A stretch of DNA of 64,000 bases from Takakia lepidozioides (lineage: Eukaryota > Plantae > Bryophyta). The translations under genes and the position numbers were made by a program. Under the pieces are notes generated by a model, which was not told the origin of the DNA, did no database searches, and worked only from the letters and a program-made list of their open reading frames with translations. The stretch's first letter is position 1. The number at the start of each line of letters is the position of its first letter. Below, in pieces: positions 24,437 through 37,641 of the stretch. The stretch is from NCBI GenBank assembly GCA_030704615.1, contig CM060733.1, positions 70,556,001-70,620,000 of the forward strand, given 5' to 3'.

Positions 24437-27400
24437 CACATCTGGTACAATTCTAGCTTTGGCGATGCAACCATGCACCTCTTTGCCCTTTTCCAGGGCT
24501 GCCAGGCTTGCACACACACTGCAAACGCACACAAACGCAATGTGGTTGCGCTTCACCCCTTCCACCATCATTTGCTCATAGGTCTCCAAGGCCTCCATCC
24601 CGCCCCCCTGCAGTGCATACCCTGCAAGCATGGCGTTCCATGACACCAAATCTCGTTCAGGCGTATTGTTGAACTCTCTCCACGTCCTCAATGCCCACAT
24701 TTGACATATATGTCCCCGAGGGTGTTGTTCATAATCACATCTGGTACAATTCCAGCTTTGACGATGCAACCATGGACCTCTTTGCCCTTTTCTAGGGCTA
24801 CCAAGCTTGCACAAGCATTGCAAACGCACACAAACGTGATATTGTTGCGCTTCACCCCTTCCCCCATCATTTGCTCATAGGTCTTCTAGGCCTCCATCCC
24901 ATGCCCCACTGTGCATATCCTGCAAGCATGGCGTTCCATGACACCAATCTCGTTCAGCCATATTGTTGAAAACTCCCTCCGCATTTGGCATACATGTCCA
25001 CAGGGTATTGTTCAAAATCACATCTGGTACATTTTCAGCTTTGACGATGCGACCATGGACCTCTTTGCCCTTTCCAGGGCTGCCAGGCTTGCACACGCAC
25101 TGCAGACGCACACAAACATTATGTGGTTGGGCTTCACCCCTTCCTCCATCATTTGCTCGTAGGTCTCCAAAGCCTCCATCCCGCGCCCCTGCTGTGCATA
25201 TCCTGCAAGCATGGCGTTCCATGACACCACATCTTGTTCAGCCATATTGTTGAACACTCCCTCGGCATCCTCAATGCTCCCACAATTGGCATACATGTCC
25301 ACGAGGGTATTGTTCAGAATTCTGGGATGCAACTTGTCATCTACAACAAAGGTATGCACCCTGTTGCCAACCTCAATGCAGCAGCGACCTGGCTCCTTTC
25401 TAACCCCTCTGACCTTCATCATTCTTCTCACCTTTGCAGTATCATCCCACTTGCCAGCTGCAGCATAGATGTTTGATAGCAACACATAAGGCATCTTGTT
25501 CACAATCTTAAGTGCCTTCATAATGGTGAGGGGCAACCTTACAAGGTGAGACTAAGCCACCCACTTGAGGATAGATGTTGCCACACGTTCAGCCATCTCC
25601 ACATTGCCATGGATTCTGCAGGCACCAAGCAAGGCCTTCCACACCACAACATCTGGATTGATTGGCATTTTATTAATCAAGTCCACTGCCTTATCCAGTT
25701 GTCCCGCACGTCCAAGAAGGTCCACCCGCAGCCAAAGTGCTTTACTGTCGGAGTGACACCATGATCTTGACTCAGGGAATCGAAGTAGCATCTTCCTTCA
25801 TTGAGTAGGCCAGTGTGGCTGCATGCAGAGCGAACACATATAAAGGTGATATTGTCCACCTTCAAGCCGTTCTTTTCCATTCCTTCAAATAGTTGCAGGA
25901 CCTCCGTATGACAACCATGCTGGGCATATCCTGCGATCATCGCATTCCATGACACCACATTTCGTTCAGCCATATTGTCAAATACTCCCTTTGCATTCCC
26001 ACATCCCTGCTATGCATACCCTGCAAGCATCGCGTGCCACGACACCACATCTTGTTCAGCCATAGTGTTGAAGACTCCCACCGCATCCTCAATGCACCCA
26101 CATTTGGCATACATGTCCACCAGGGCAGTGTTCAAAATGACATCTTGTACAATTCCAGCTTTGACGATGTCACCATGGACCTCTTTCCCCTTTTCAAGAG
26201 CTCCCAGGTTTGACATCTTGACAAGGGTGTTGAGAAGCAAAACACTTGGCGTGAATCCACTTTGGATAATGTGAGTGTGCACGTGCTTTCCAGCTTCCAG
26301 ACCTTTCATCGTGATGCACTTAAGCAAGAGGCAGACAACCGTATCTGAATCTACTGAAATGCCTCCTACATTTGGCATACTTGTCCACGAGGGTATTGTT
26401 CAGAATGACATCTGGTACAATTCCAGCTTCCACGATGCAACCATGCACCTCTTTGCCCTTTTCCAAGGCTGCCAGGCTTGCAAATGCACACAAACGTGAT
26501 GTGGTTGGGCTTCACCCCTTCCCCCATCATTTGATCATAGGTCTCCAAAACCATCATCCCACATCCCTGCTGTGCATACCCTGCAAGCATCGCGTGCCAT
26601 GACACCACATCTTGTTCAGCCATAGTGTTGAAAACTCCCTTTGCATCCTCAATGCACCCACATTTGGCATACATGTCCACCAGGGCAGTGTTCAGAATGA
26701 CATCTGGTACAATTCCAGCTTTGACGATGTCACCATGGACCTCTTTCCCCTTTTCAAGAGCTCCCAGGTTTGACATGTTGACAAGGGTGTTGAGGAGAAA
26801 AACACTTGGCGTGAATCCACTTTGGATAATGTGAGTGTGCATCTGCTTTCCAGCTTCCAGACCTTTCATCTTGATGCACTTAAGCAAGAGACAGACAAAC
26901 GTATCTGAATATGCTGAGATGCCTCCTACATTTGGCATACATGTCCACGAGGGTATTGTTAAGAATGACATCTGATACAATTCCAACTTTTGCGATGCAA
27001 CCATGCACCTCTTTGCCCTTTTCCAGGGCTGCCAGGCTTGCAAATGCACACAAACGTGACGTGGTTGGGCTTCACCCCTTCCCCCATCATTTGATCATAG
27101 GTCTCCAAGGCCACCATCCCACGTCCCTGCTGTGCATACCCTGCAAGCATCGCGTGCCACGACACCACATCTTGTTCAGCCATAGTGTTGAAAACTCCCT
27201 TCGCATCCTCAATGCACCCACATTTGGCATACATGTCAACAAGGCAGCGTTCAGAATGACATCTGGTAGAATTCCAGCTTTGACAATGTCACCATGGGCC
27301 TCTTTTCACTTTGGATAATGTGAGTGTGCACTTGCTTTCCAGCTTCCAGACCTTTCATCTTGATGCACTTAAGCAAGAGACAAACAAATGTATCTGAATA

Positions 27401-27517
27401 TGCTGAAATGCCTCCTTGGTTTAAAGTCTGTAGAGCCTCTTTCAGTCTGCTTGCCTCACAAAGCATCTTCACATGCCCAGAAGTGCCAGAAGAGGCATTG
27501 TGGACCCCTCTCTTCAT
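24437..27517 (-). pseudogene. Scrambled, tandemly duplicated PLS-class PPR (E/E+) gene fragments
   Basis: Repeated [16 protein letters not shown]...DVVSW.AML.GYAQ motifs. E/E+ domain YVLLSNIYAAAGKW...KEPG.CCIEVGNRVHTFVV...HP. ~560-bp tandem copies (26347 vs 26907). Confidence 0.9.
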
Positions 27518-28252
27518 CCTGTTTCAGAAGCTGTAGTCATGGTTGAGGTGCCTGATTTTATCAACTGTGCCGCTGCAACAGCTGCTTTTACTTGACCATC
27601 TACCCATGCAGGTTTCTTGTAACTATAGATCCACAGGGAATCATAGGTAATCTTGTGCTTGAAATTTGGCCCTCTTGGATGAATCTGGACCCACACTCTA
27701 TCCCTGCTCCTTCAGCTATCACTGCTTCTGCACAAATCATGCATACTTCCTTGCCTTGCAGCTGATAATCACAGCCTAGATTTGTTCTAGGAAACACCCG
27801 ACTCAGCTTATCACACGAGTTCCTATGCTGAATTGCGTCTGCTACTCTCTATAATCTAACAGGCATTAACCTTTTTGCCTTGGTTGTCCCACCATTGACT
27901 GGGGTCAGAAAAGTATTCATTCCACAGCTACTCCTCATCTCTGTTACGTGTTTTTGGATACTTTCCTGTTGTCACGTTGGCAGTATTATGTCAGAGTCAC
28001 TCCAAACTATCAAAGATTCATTCAACCAGCTAACTTGCAGAATTCAACATGGAATTTTAGGGCCGATTCTGATAAGAGGGGGAAAAAGGATGAAATGTGT
28101 TGAAGAAGGTATCTTCATTAGCAGTGCCTGATTTTATCAATTGTGTTGCTGCTGCGCTTCCAGTTGACCATCTACCCATGCAGGTTTCTTGCAGTTATGG
28201 ATCCACAGGGAATCATAGGTAATCTTGAGCTTGAAATCCGACCCTCTTGGAT
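27518..28252 (-). repeat. Inverted copies of the KPAWVDGQ module directly 5' of the PPR array
   Basis: Reverse complement of ~20550-21310. Confidence 0.8.
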
Positions 28253-29078
28253 AGCCTTTCTTGTGTGAAGGCTTTCTGTAGTAATTTTTGTTCCCTTTTG
28301 TTTTGTCACATACACTCACCCCTCTCTCACATCCGTGGTATCATGATTCAGTCCATTCGCATCTACAAAGCAAAGACAAGGAGCTCAACCAGTATAAGAA
28401 TTTCACTCGAGTATTTGAAACTCACCGTCTCTGCGAACTTCCGTTACAACCGACACACAGAAATGACGATGATGTGGCTGTCGACGCCGACGTGGCGTGA
28501 CGACGATGACGTGGCGATGATGACGTGGAACTATGGCACCCTATTCACGCTCCACGCTAAACTAGCTCTCGACCTTCGGTCGTCGCTAGAACTAGGGGTT
28601 CGCATTGCTCCGCACTACTAGTGACTAATTTTGAGATCTACGTTCAATTGGCACAAAAAAGGGCGGGTCATCCCCACGCATACAATGTTTCTTTTGATAA
28701 TTGGAAATATATACTCGCTTCATTTATCTATGCCCAAGAAGTGAGGGGGATTTGAACCCCCTTTTCTGCCTGGTATGCAGACCCCCCCCCCCCCCCCCCT
28801 CCCCCTCCCCCCTCCCCGTCCCTCTGTCCGTCCCTCCCCAAGCATCAGACATCACATCAAATAATCACCCCATGTAGCTGCACTGATCGCCCTCCCGAAA
28901 TAAGGAAAGAAAAAAAAACATCCAAAAAATTCGAGAAACCCAAGCCCTCCATAGCATCCTGACACTGAGCCTCGAAGGAAACAACAAATACCAACGCACA
29001 CACCTATGGCACTCCCAACATCGGGTTGGATCCCACGCAACAGCAAACAAGCACCACGCACACTACAACATTTTAAAT

Positions 29079-29603
29079 TTAATGTTGTTTTGGAAATGGC
29101 TCAATTCTTTGATTGTTTATGCAATCTCTCAAGTGGGTTCTCCTGGCGGATGTTGCGTATCGGGAATGTGCGGGATTTAATCCGAATGCTATATCCGTGG
29201 CATAAGCTATCGCAAATACGCCACAGGATGAATCGTCAGTCTGTTGCATGACATCGACATAGAAATAATTGAATTGTGGGATTGGGATTAATTTCGCGAG
29301 ATGTTGTTCTATTTCGCTCGGTAGCTTCTTATCCGTGGGCATGCTGGAATCAAACACCGTACATTGACAATTTGTTTTGTTCGGATTTATCATTGTTAGA
29401 ATCCAATGGTTGTTGTTGACGAACACGTGCTGCAAACACTTCTTGGTGTATTTCGTTCTGCCCAGTAGAGTTGAATATGCATGTTGCTGGTAGTTTTGTG
29501 TTTCCAGTTCCTGATCAAATAGTATTTGCATCCCGGCCGCCAAATGCTGGTCACACAACCATCCATTGTCATCCAAGATGATTTGTTCGTCGTGCGCTGT
29601 CAA
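29079..29603 (-). pseudogene. Ulp1/C48-family cysteine peptidase domain
   Basis: WLCD...NHWIL...FDS...QQTDDSSCGVFAI (H-D-Q-C). Same frame as the helicase. Confidence 0.8.
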
Positions 29604-32600
29604 TAGGAGATCTTCGTGCCATTATGTTTCTTGGCGCAAATTTGTGTTTTCTGTGTCGGATTGTTCGTCTTCGGAATCGATTTCTATGATTTTGAGCGGT
29701 GTGGGAGGTAATTCTGAGCAAGTTTGGTTTTCATCTGATTCTATTGGTGTGGGATGTTCGGCTTCAGAATTGGTTGACATTTTTATTTCTCCGTACGTGT
29801 GTCTTGGTTGGAGCGTTTTGGCTGCAAGGTTTGTATTCACCGTGCTGATGTGTTCCGTGGTCTTGTGTGATTTTTGTTTTTGGACATTACAATCGGCTTG
29901 TGGAGCCATGAACTCTACTGAGCCTGTCTTGAATTTGGCTCTTTGGATGTCTTCGAACTTAATGTCCCGAAGTATTACTAGTCCTTGTAGGGAACGCAAA
30001 CGAGACAGTGTGAAGTAAATGTTGTGCATGTTCAAGGGATGTCCATCTGGTGGTTTTTGCAAGTCGATGATTATCCTATCAAAAGTTTTGCCTTGGCCTT
30101 TGTAGTCGGTTAGGCAGTATGCGGGTATCGGAGGCAATTAACGCCTGCTGATTTTGAATTTCTTTGGTTTTTTCAGTTCATCCTCCGTGTGGTGATAATC
30201 GAACGTTCTTGAAACAGGTGTGATGGGCACTACGTTTTCTGGGAGATTTTCTAAAGTCATGCTGCTCAATGTTTGGTGTTGACTGATGAATTCCCCGAAG
30301 TCGATTAATACGTGATTTGGCGGGTGCATTAAATTATCTTCTCGTACGATCCAATCGTTTTCTGTTGTCGAGATCCCCACTATTTGTCCGACTGCACCGT
30401 TTACAAGCCCCAATCTAGGATACAAATTGTCGGTTAGCATGACTGTCATTCCTTTGTACAATCTCAAAAATGGAAGAAGGTTGTGGCTTCTATTCCCGGG
30501 TACGGTCTGTCAGATTGCGAATTGGAACTCGTCGCGGAGTGCGTGCTTCTTGTAGGTGTCTGTTGCTACTATGGTGTAGGACGCGTGGTTAGATTTACGT
30601 GTGTAGTATTCTATCATTTGGTGACTCATGGCGTTCTTTAACTGGTTTCGAGGTACAATGTACGTTGCTTTATCCCATGGTTCGTTGAAGAGGTTGATTT
30701 TCAGGTTCGACATAAATCTTGTCTGTAATAATTCGAAATCCGTTTGGGTGAAGTTGTCTTCACGTAGATTCTGTAGCAATTTCGCATATTGTAGGTCGTG
30801 GGCTTGTCTCATTTGCTGGGTCAATATGATTGTGTTAGGCCGTATGTAATTTTCCCATAGGCTCTTGCCTATAATCTTTTTTTGTGTGTATTTTGTGAAT
30901 GTGAATATGGGTTGTATGTTCGTTGAATATAGAGGCGCGTCAGTGACAGGTGGAAACTGCATGAAATCGCCCAGGAACATTATGTTGAGTCCTCCGAATG
31001 ATAACATGTTTGATTTGAATTTTTGCAACTTCAGATGGATATCGGCGATCATGTTGCATCCGACCATAGATACTTCGTCTATAATCAAATAGTCTGTCCC
31101 GGACCATTCGTTTATGAATTTTTTTGTGTCGGATTCGTTGACACTCTGGCTGATTTTCAGTCTCAATAGAGCGTGGACGGTTGATCCCCCTATGATGGTT
31201 GCGGCGTTTGCTGTGTAGGCACCGATTTTCAGTATTCTGGGTCTCTTGGTTTTTATGAAGTACGTTTGGATTGCTTTAATTATTTTTGTCTTTCCCGTTC
31301 TGGCAGCACCTCCCACATACATTAACGTTTGTTTTCTTCCATCGAGATGGTGATTTTGTGGATCTATGAAACGTTCAAATGCTGATTCTTGCGAAGTGTT
31401 GAGCTTGTATTTTTTTTATCACAAAATATTTAGCTATTTGATGTTGATCTCCATTGTGCATGATATGAGGATCTACATCGTAATTGTCGTCATCTGTGAT
31501 ATCCATTGATTCGGGTTTTGGAATTTCTCTCAATTCTGGATTTTTGTGTTGGAGGTTAATGTTTTTGGATGACTGAGTTGCATTTGCAAACTTGTACAGG
31601 TCGTTGTCAATGCCGGTGGGTGGATTTTTGGATTCGCGTAATGTTTTCAACCATTTGTTGATTTGGGTTCTATTTGATTTTTTTGTTGCAGTTTGGATCA
31701 TTCCTATTTTTGGTGCGATATGGTGTTGTGGTGATATTTTCCCGTTGGCATCCGTAACGAGCTTGTTAGTAACCTCGGTCACATATTGATTTTCGCTTGT
31801 ATTGCACATGAGATATTCGGTTTGTAATTTCTGGCCTTTTGTGACTATGTCTTCTGTACGTTGTTGCGATGCTGAATTGTCGTCCACATATATATCGTCG
31901 TCATCATCATTGTGCATTTCGTCTGGCATCTCATTGTATAAGGGGTCGATGTTGATGTCTTCTGGATTCTCGTCATCATCTGGATTTTCGTTCTTCAGTA
32001 ACAGTCTGTCGGAGTCTTGTGATTCTTTGCATTCGTGGAGCATGTCGATATTTGCGATGATTTTTCTGTTGAATTCCGAACATATTGGATATAGTTCGTC
32101 GAAAGTGTCTTCCCAACTTTGTTGTGATCTTGGCTTTAAGTCGTGGATAGATCTCCATGGCATGAACAGAATACAAATAGCGCGAGCGTACGTTGCCGCA
32201 TCATTTTTTTTCGAAGGTATTTTGTAACCTTGTATTACCGGCACTTTGGTTACCCGGGATTCGTATACACTGTGGGTGTCACTTTGCGGATGTTCTTGCA
32301 TGAATTTGTAGTAGTACGGGCTTTTCACCTTGCACGATTTGCTGCAGAACTCGTAAGGTGACATTTCCCTGAACTTGTGTGGCCTGCTTTGGTAGTCGAT
32401 GCGGAAATTATACATAATCAACTTGTCGTTCTGTTCGGATCTTTCGACTTTGAACGTTTCGAAGGTGTTTTCTGGGTCGTTATCGTCAGGTGTGTTGTTC
32501 AGATCGTTGTTTCCATCTTCGTTCGATCGAAATTATTCTTGTTCATGGATCCATGCCGATAAACCATACCACAGCAGATATGCAAACTGGTGGTCTATCA

Positions 32601-34599
32601 AATGGTCTGGATATTTCATCAGGTAACTGACTGCCCTTGTTGCCGATATCTCTTGTTGGGATCCAATTGTGTTCAAACATCGAATCAACAATTTTCGGCT
32701 TTTGTCGACTGAATGTTCGGAATATAGATCGTCATAAGTCGTTTGGATTTTTTTTACGGCTATTTGCAAGAGCGAATACATGTGTGATGTGTAGACGGAA
32801 GATTTTGTGATGTAATCCGTGATGTAGTATATCAGAGGATGATGTACAAATGCTGGATTTAAAGTGAAGAATAAGCTTGGTGTTCCCAACTGTTGCATCA
32901 TGCTGAATATTTCGTTTCTCTGTGTTGCGCGGCTAATTCCAGATGCCATCACTTGTTTACTTGATACTTTCAAGTGACGCAATAACTTTTGAATTTTCGG
33001 TTTGTTGTTTATTGTTGTCACGTCCTCTATTATGTCGTTGAAGTCTTTTGAACGGATATTGTTGAGGAGTTGTGGTTCACTTTAAAATGATGATCTTGAC
33101 ACTGTCAGTTTTGCACCCAGGCATATTTGTCTACGTTGCATCAGATTGAACATGAAGAATGGAAATAGGTGGTGTTTTGAAAAGTCGTGATGGATATCAG
33201 TGAGACTCATCAAATACTCAACGTGGGCCTCCAAAGTTACTTTGATTGGACGGTTTTTCATTTCGGTTACGCCGATTCCAAACGGAAATAACATTGAAAA
33301 CATGCACGCGATTAGTTTTGGGTTTGCGTATTTGTTCACCATTTCGGTTTCGTGCGTGTATGATAAGTACATGTTTTGTTGTAGTTGCAATCCATTTAAA
33401 GCGTTGGAGATTAGGTCGTCGTGCTTTATGTCTATTCCGTCAAAATCAATGAGTCCGGAGGTGTCTATGATGGGCTGGATCGTATCGTCGTCTTTGTTTA
33501 TTGGTGTTTTTTTGTTGTTGCAATCTGTTATGTTGGTACGATGTTCAGCGTTGGCAAAATCAATGTCAGTGGATTCAAACACCGATCTCAAGATTGATGG
33601 TGGAATATCGTTCTATGGTAGTCCATCCAATATGTCGTTATCAATTTGAATGTCCTTGTAACCCGTGTGATTTCTTTTCAGCCACGTTAACCAGGTCGTT
33701 ACTGCAAGTCTACGTACGTATAGCAAATTACATGTTTTTACGACATTAACGGGTGGATGTGAAGTGTCGACGAAGTGGACGGCGACCATATCGGATAATG
33801 AATCTAAGAGAGGTGGCAATTTGTTCAACAATTCGACTGCACGGCATGGATTTTGAGCAAAACGCACCAAATTTCCTCTCAATGCGCGTTGTCTTTTTTC
33901 CACCCTTATTTATATATCGTAATTTGAACAACATCACACGACAACGGTATCTTGCTATTAATGCTTCTTCAACCATAGTTAACTTTGGCAAAATGTCGTG
34001 AACTTTTCCGATCCACAAACCATTGGCGAGTGCAAATTTTGGCATCTTGTTATTTTTCAAGGTGGAACTGCAGTTTTTGCAAATGAAGATGGTACGTGCA
34101 GTATTTGATACTCTTCGTTTGTCCAATAACAACCCATTTAATTCGTCCAGCTGATGTTTTGTGTCATTGATCAATTCTTGGGGAACCTCTTCTAAGAGAA
34201 CATGTTCTTCGAAGTGATTTTCTACTTGTAGGCTTAACCACTTTTTCATGTGTTTCATGATGTCACTTTGTAGTTCATCGATTCTCCATTTGAATATGTT
34301 AGAGGTTGCTACGTCTCCGCTGCAAATACAACAATACTGATTGGTGAAAGTCACATTGCTGATGTATTCGTTGAAGTTGGATAAACAAGATAAGTTGTTC
34401 TCCAAACATTTCTCTGGTGGGAACAGATTATTCTTTGGTGTTTTTGCAGGAGGGCAATGCATTTGCTCTCGTTTTCTTTTGAGTTTTTGCTTCTCGTCAT
34501 TTTCGTTTGCGATATATTTTTGAGTTTGTGTAGCACATGTTTGATCTTTGATCAGTGGATCTTGGGTTTTTTGAAATGCGTATTTTTCACGTCTTTTGG

Positions 34600-34960
34600 C
34601 ATTTGTCTCTTTCGGATTGGGAGTCGGTTGAGATTCTATTTCCGTGGGTTTGTTGTGGTTTTTCGAATCTGTATTTTTCCCTTCATTTAGTATTTGTTTC
34701 ATCTGGATCTATTGTCATGGTTTGTGGTGGATTTTTTATTCTATAATTTTCCCTTCGTTTAGCATTTATTTGGTCTGGATCCGGTTCCGTAGTTTGTTGT
34801 GGATGTTCAAGTCCATAATTTTTCCTTCGTTTAGCATTTGTTTGGTCTGGATCTGGTTCCGTGGTTTGTTGTGGATGTTCAACTCTGTATTTTTGCTTTC
34901 GTTTAGCATTTGTTTCGTTTAGTTTTTCTTTGTTTAAAGCATATTTTCTCCGTCTCTTAG
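34600..34960 (-). repeat. Coding tandem repeat (~72 bp; TNAKRRK.Y..EHPQQTTEPDPD) in the RepHel N-terminus
   Basis: Four to five imperfect units are visible in the DNA and in ORF 34683-34982. Confidence 0.75.
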
Positions 34961-35215
34961 CATTAGCAAGTTGTCTATCCATATTAAACTGAAGTTATAC
35001 ACGTAAGTTTTTTAATAAATAAATAATGATATTTATGTATATATTGGTATTTTTGATAGAATTAGTAATGACCGTCCATGTATAGATAAAATTTTGATAA
35101 ATATATATATTTAGATATAAATCATTGTATTGATATAAAATGAGTGTTTTGAATGGAGATTTAGCTATTTGGAGTGAAATTTACCAATGGAAAGATAGTA
35201 AGGTGAAGGAAAATT

Positions 35216-37641
35216 TCAGGGGATAAAAAAGAAGTTTGAGAGTAAGAAGATAATTTGAGTCTCCGGGATGAAAGAGGAAAAAATAAAAATAAAAACTAAT
35301 AAGGTTTCAATCCCGTCATTCTCCCCCATCGGATTGGGCTCGAATCCCCTAGTGATGTTGCAAGATATGGGAGAGAGGAAAAATAAAAAGGAAAATATAA
35401 TAAAGGTTTCCAACCCCCCCCCCGGCTCTGCCTCTTCGGAGAGAGTTCAAGTCCCCAGATAAAAATTGTTTCAAATCCGCCACTCTCCCCCACTGGACTC
35501 GAAGCCCTTAGTGATGTTGCAAGATTTGGTCGGTACAAAGTTGATTGTTCTATTAATCTTACAAGTCTTAGAAGGACTTTGAGCCTGTGTTGGTATATCG
35601 GTGGCAAAATATTGGATAGAGGAAAATAAAAAATAAAAGAAAACAAAGGTTTCAAACCCGTCCGGCTCTCCCTCTTCGGAGAGAGTTCGAGTGCCCAGAT
35701 AAAAATAGTTTCAGAACCGTCAGTCTGTCCCACCGGACTTTGAGCATGTGCTCGTATATCGGCGGCCAAAGATTGGATACTTTCTGCACTTCAGAGGACC
35801 GCAATTTGACTTCTTTGAAAGAGTACTTCGGATGAGACCTGGTCCGACAAACTTTAATTTTACTTATAGAATGGGGTTTCTATCTCCGGGAGGAAAGAGA
35901 AAACTATAAAGAACAAGATAATAAAAGTTTCAGACGCCCCGCCCTGCTCTCCCTCCTCGGAGAAAGTTTGAGTGCCCAGATCAAATAGTTGCAGAACAGC
36001 CATTCTTCCCCACCGGACTGGGCTCGAATCCCCTAGTGATGCTGCAAGATAGGGTCGGTGCAAGGTGGATTGTTCTATTAATGTAACAAGCCTTGGAAAG
36101 ACTTTGAGCCTATGCTAGTATATCAGCGGGGAAAGATTGGATAAGAGAAAAAATTAAAAATAAAAGATACAAGGTTTCAAACGCCGTCGGCTCTCCTCTC
36201 GGAGAGAGTTTCGAGTGCCCAATAAATAAATAAATCAAGATAATAAAGGTTCAAACCCGTCTGGCTCATCCCCTTCGGAGAGAGTTCGAGTGCCCCAGTA
36301 AAATAGTTTTCAACCGCCATTCGCCCCCACCGGACTGGGCTCGAATCCCCTATTGATGTTGCAAGATATGGGAGAGAGGAAAAATAAAAATGAAAAGATA
36401 ATAAAGGGTTCAAACCCCTCTGGCTCTGCCTCTTCGGAGAGAGTTCGAGTCCCCTAAAAAAAAATTTAAAAATGGTTTTCAAACGCCATTCTCTCTCCTC
36501 TCCCCCACCGGATTGGGCTCGAATCCCCTAGTGATGTTGCAAGATAGGGTCGTTGCAAGGTGGATTGTTCTATTAATGTAACAAGCCTTGGAAAGACTTT
36601 GAGCCTATGCTAGTATATCGGCGGGGAAAGATTGGAATATTTTCTGCACCTCAGAGGATATGGGAGAGATGAAAAATAGAAAGAAAAAGATATCACGTTC
36701 AATTTCCCGGGCTTCTGCCCCTTCGGAGAGGAATTCGAGTCCCCAGATAAATTGTTTCAAAACCGCCATTCTATTCTAACCCCCACCGGACTGGGCTCGA
36801 GCCCCTAGTGATGCGCAAGATTTGGTCGTGCAAGGTGGATTGTTCTATCAATCTTACAAGTCTTGGAATGACTTTGAGCCTGCGTTGGTATATCGGCTCG
36901 CAAAGATTGGATAAGAGAAAAAATAAAAAATAAAAGATAACAAAGGTTTCAAATCCGTCCGGCTCTCCCTCTTCGTAGAGAGTTCAAGTGCCCAGATAAA
37001 ACATAAAATAAAAGATAATAAAGGTTTCAAACCCGTCCGGCTCTCCCTCTTCGGAGAGAGTTCGAGTGCCCCCTAAAAATAGTTTCAGAACGTCAGTCGC
37101 CCCACCCGGACTTTGAGCATGTGCTCGTATATCGGCGGCCAAAGATTGGATACTTTCTGCACTTCAGAGGACCGCAATTTGGCTTCTTTGAAATAGGACT
37201 TCAGATGAGACCTGGTCAAACAAACTTTAATTTTACTTATAGAATGGGGTTTCTGTCTCAGGGAGGAAAGAGGAAAATAATAAAGAAAAAATAAAGAAAA
37301 GTTTCAAACCCGCCCGGCTCTCCTTCTTCGGAGAGAGTTTGAGTGCCCAGATAAAAATAGTTTCAGAACCGCCATTCTTCCCCACCGGACTGGGCTCGAA
37401 TCCCCTAGTGATGTTGCAAGATATGGGAGAGAGGAAAAATAAAAAGGAAAAGATAATACAGGTTTCAAACCCCTCCGGCTCTGCTCTTTCGGAGAGAGTT
37501 CGAGTCCCCAGGTAAAAATTGTTTCAAATCCGCCATCCTCCCCCACCGGACTGGGCTCGAATCCCCTAGTGAGGTTCAAGATAGGGTTGGTTCAAGGTGG
37601 ATTGTTCTATTAATGTAACAGCCTTGGAAGGACTTTGAGCC
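35216..37641 (+). repeat. Complex tandem repeat array of mixed subunits, upstream of the Helitron, running into the gap
   Basis: Recurrent GGTTTCAAACCC...CTCTTCGGAGAGAGTTCGAGT...CCCCACCGGACTGGGCTCGAATCCCCTAGTGATG.TGCAAGAT subunits. Confidence 0.9.

Larger units (their letters stand above)
29079..34982 (-). mobile_element. Helitron2/Helentron-like RepHel (degenerate) with C-terminal Ulp1-like peptidase
   Basis: PKFALANGLW...L..VEE.LIA N-terminal domain; RNEI.SM...LG.PSLFFTLNPA; YYITDYITK Rep tyrosine motif; PIF1 motifs GAARTGKT, DEVSMV, GDFMQFPPV, QQMRQ, GLVNG, YKGQGKT, YFTLSR. Confidence 0.88.

Noticed and set aside
24067-28621. Plus-strand non-autonomous Helitron (A|TC...CTAG|T) carrying the PPR array
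   Set aside because: A hairpin (CGACCTTCGGTCG) and several CTAGs exist near 28570-28621, but the spacing is atypical and such short termini occur by chance.
28782-28840. Poly-C tract as a functional G-quadruplex element
   Set aside because: Simple low-complexity run with no supporting context.
35216-37641. CRISPR array or real tRNA gene cluster
   Set aside because: The intervening sequences are themselves repeated, so there are no unique spacers. There are no cas genes, and no full cloverleaf (acceptor, D and anticodon arms) is visible.
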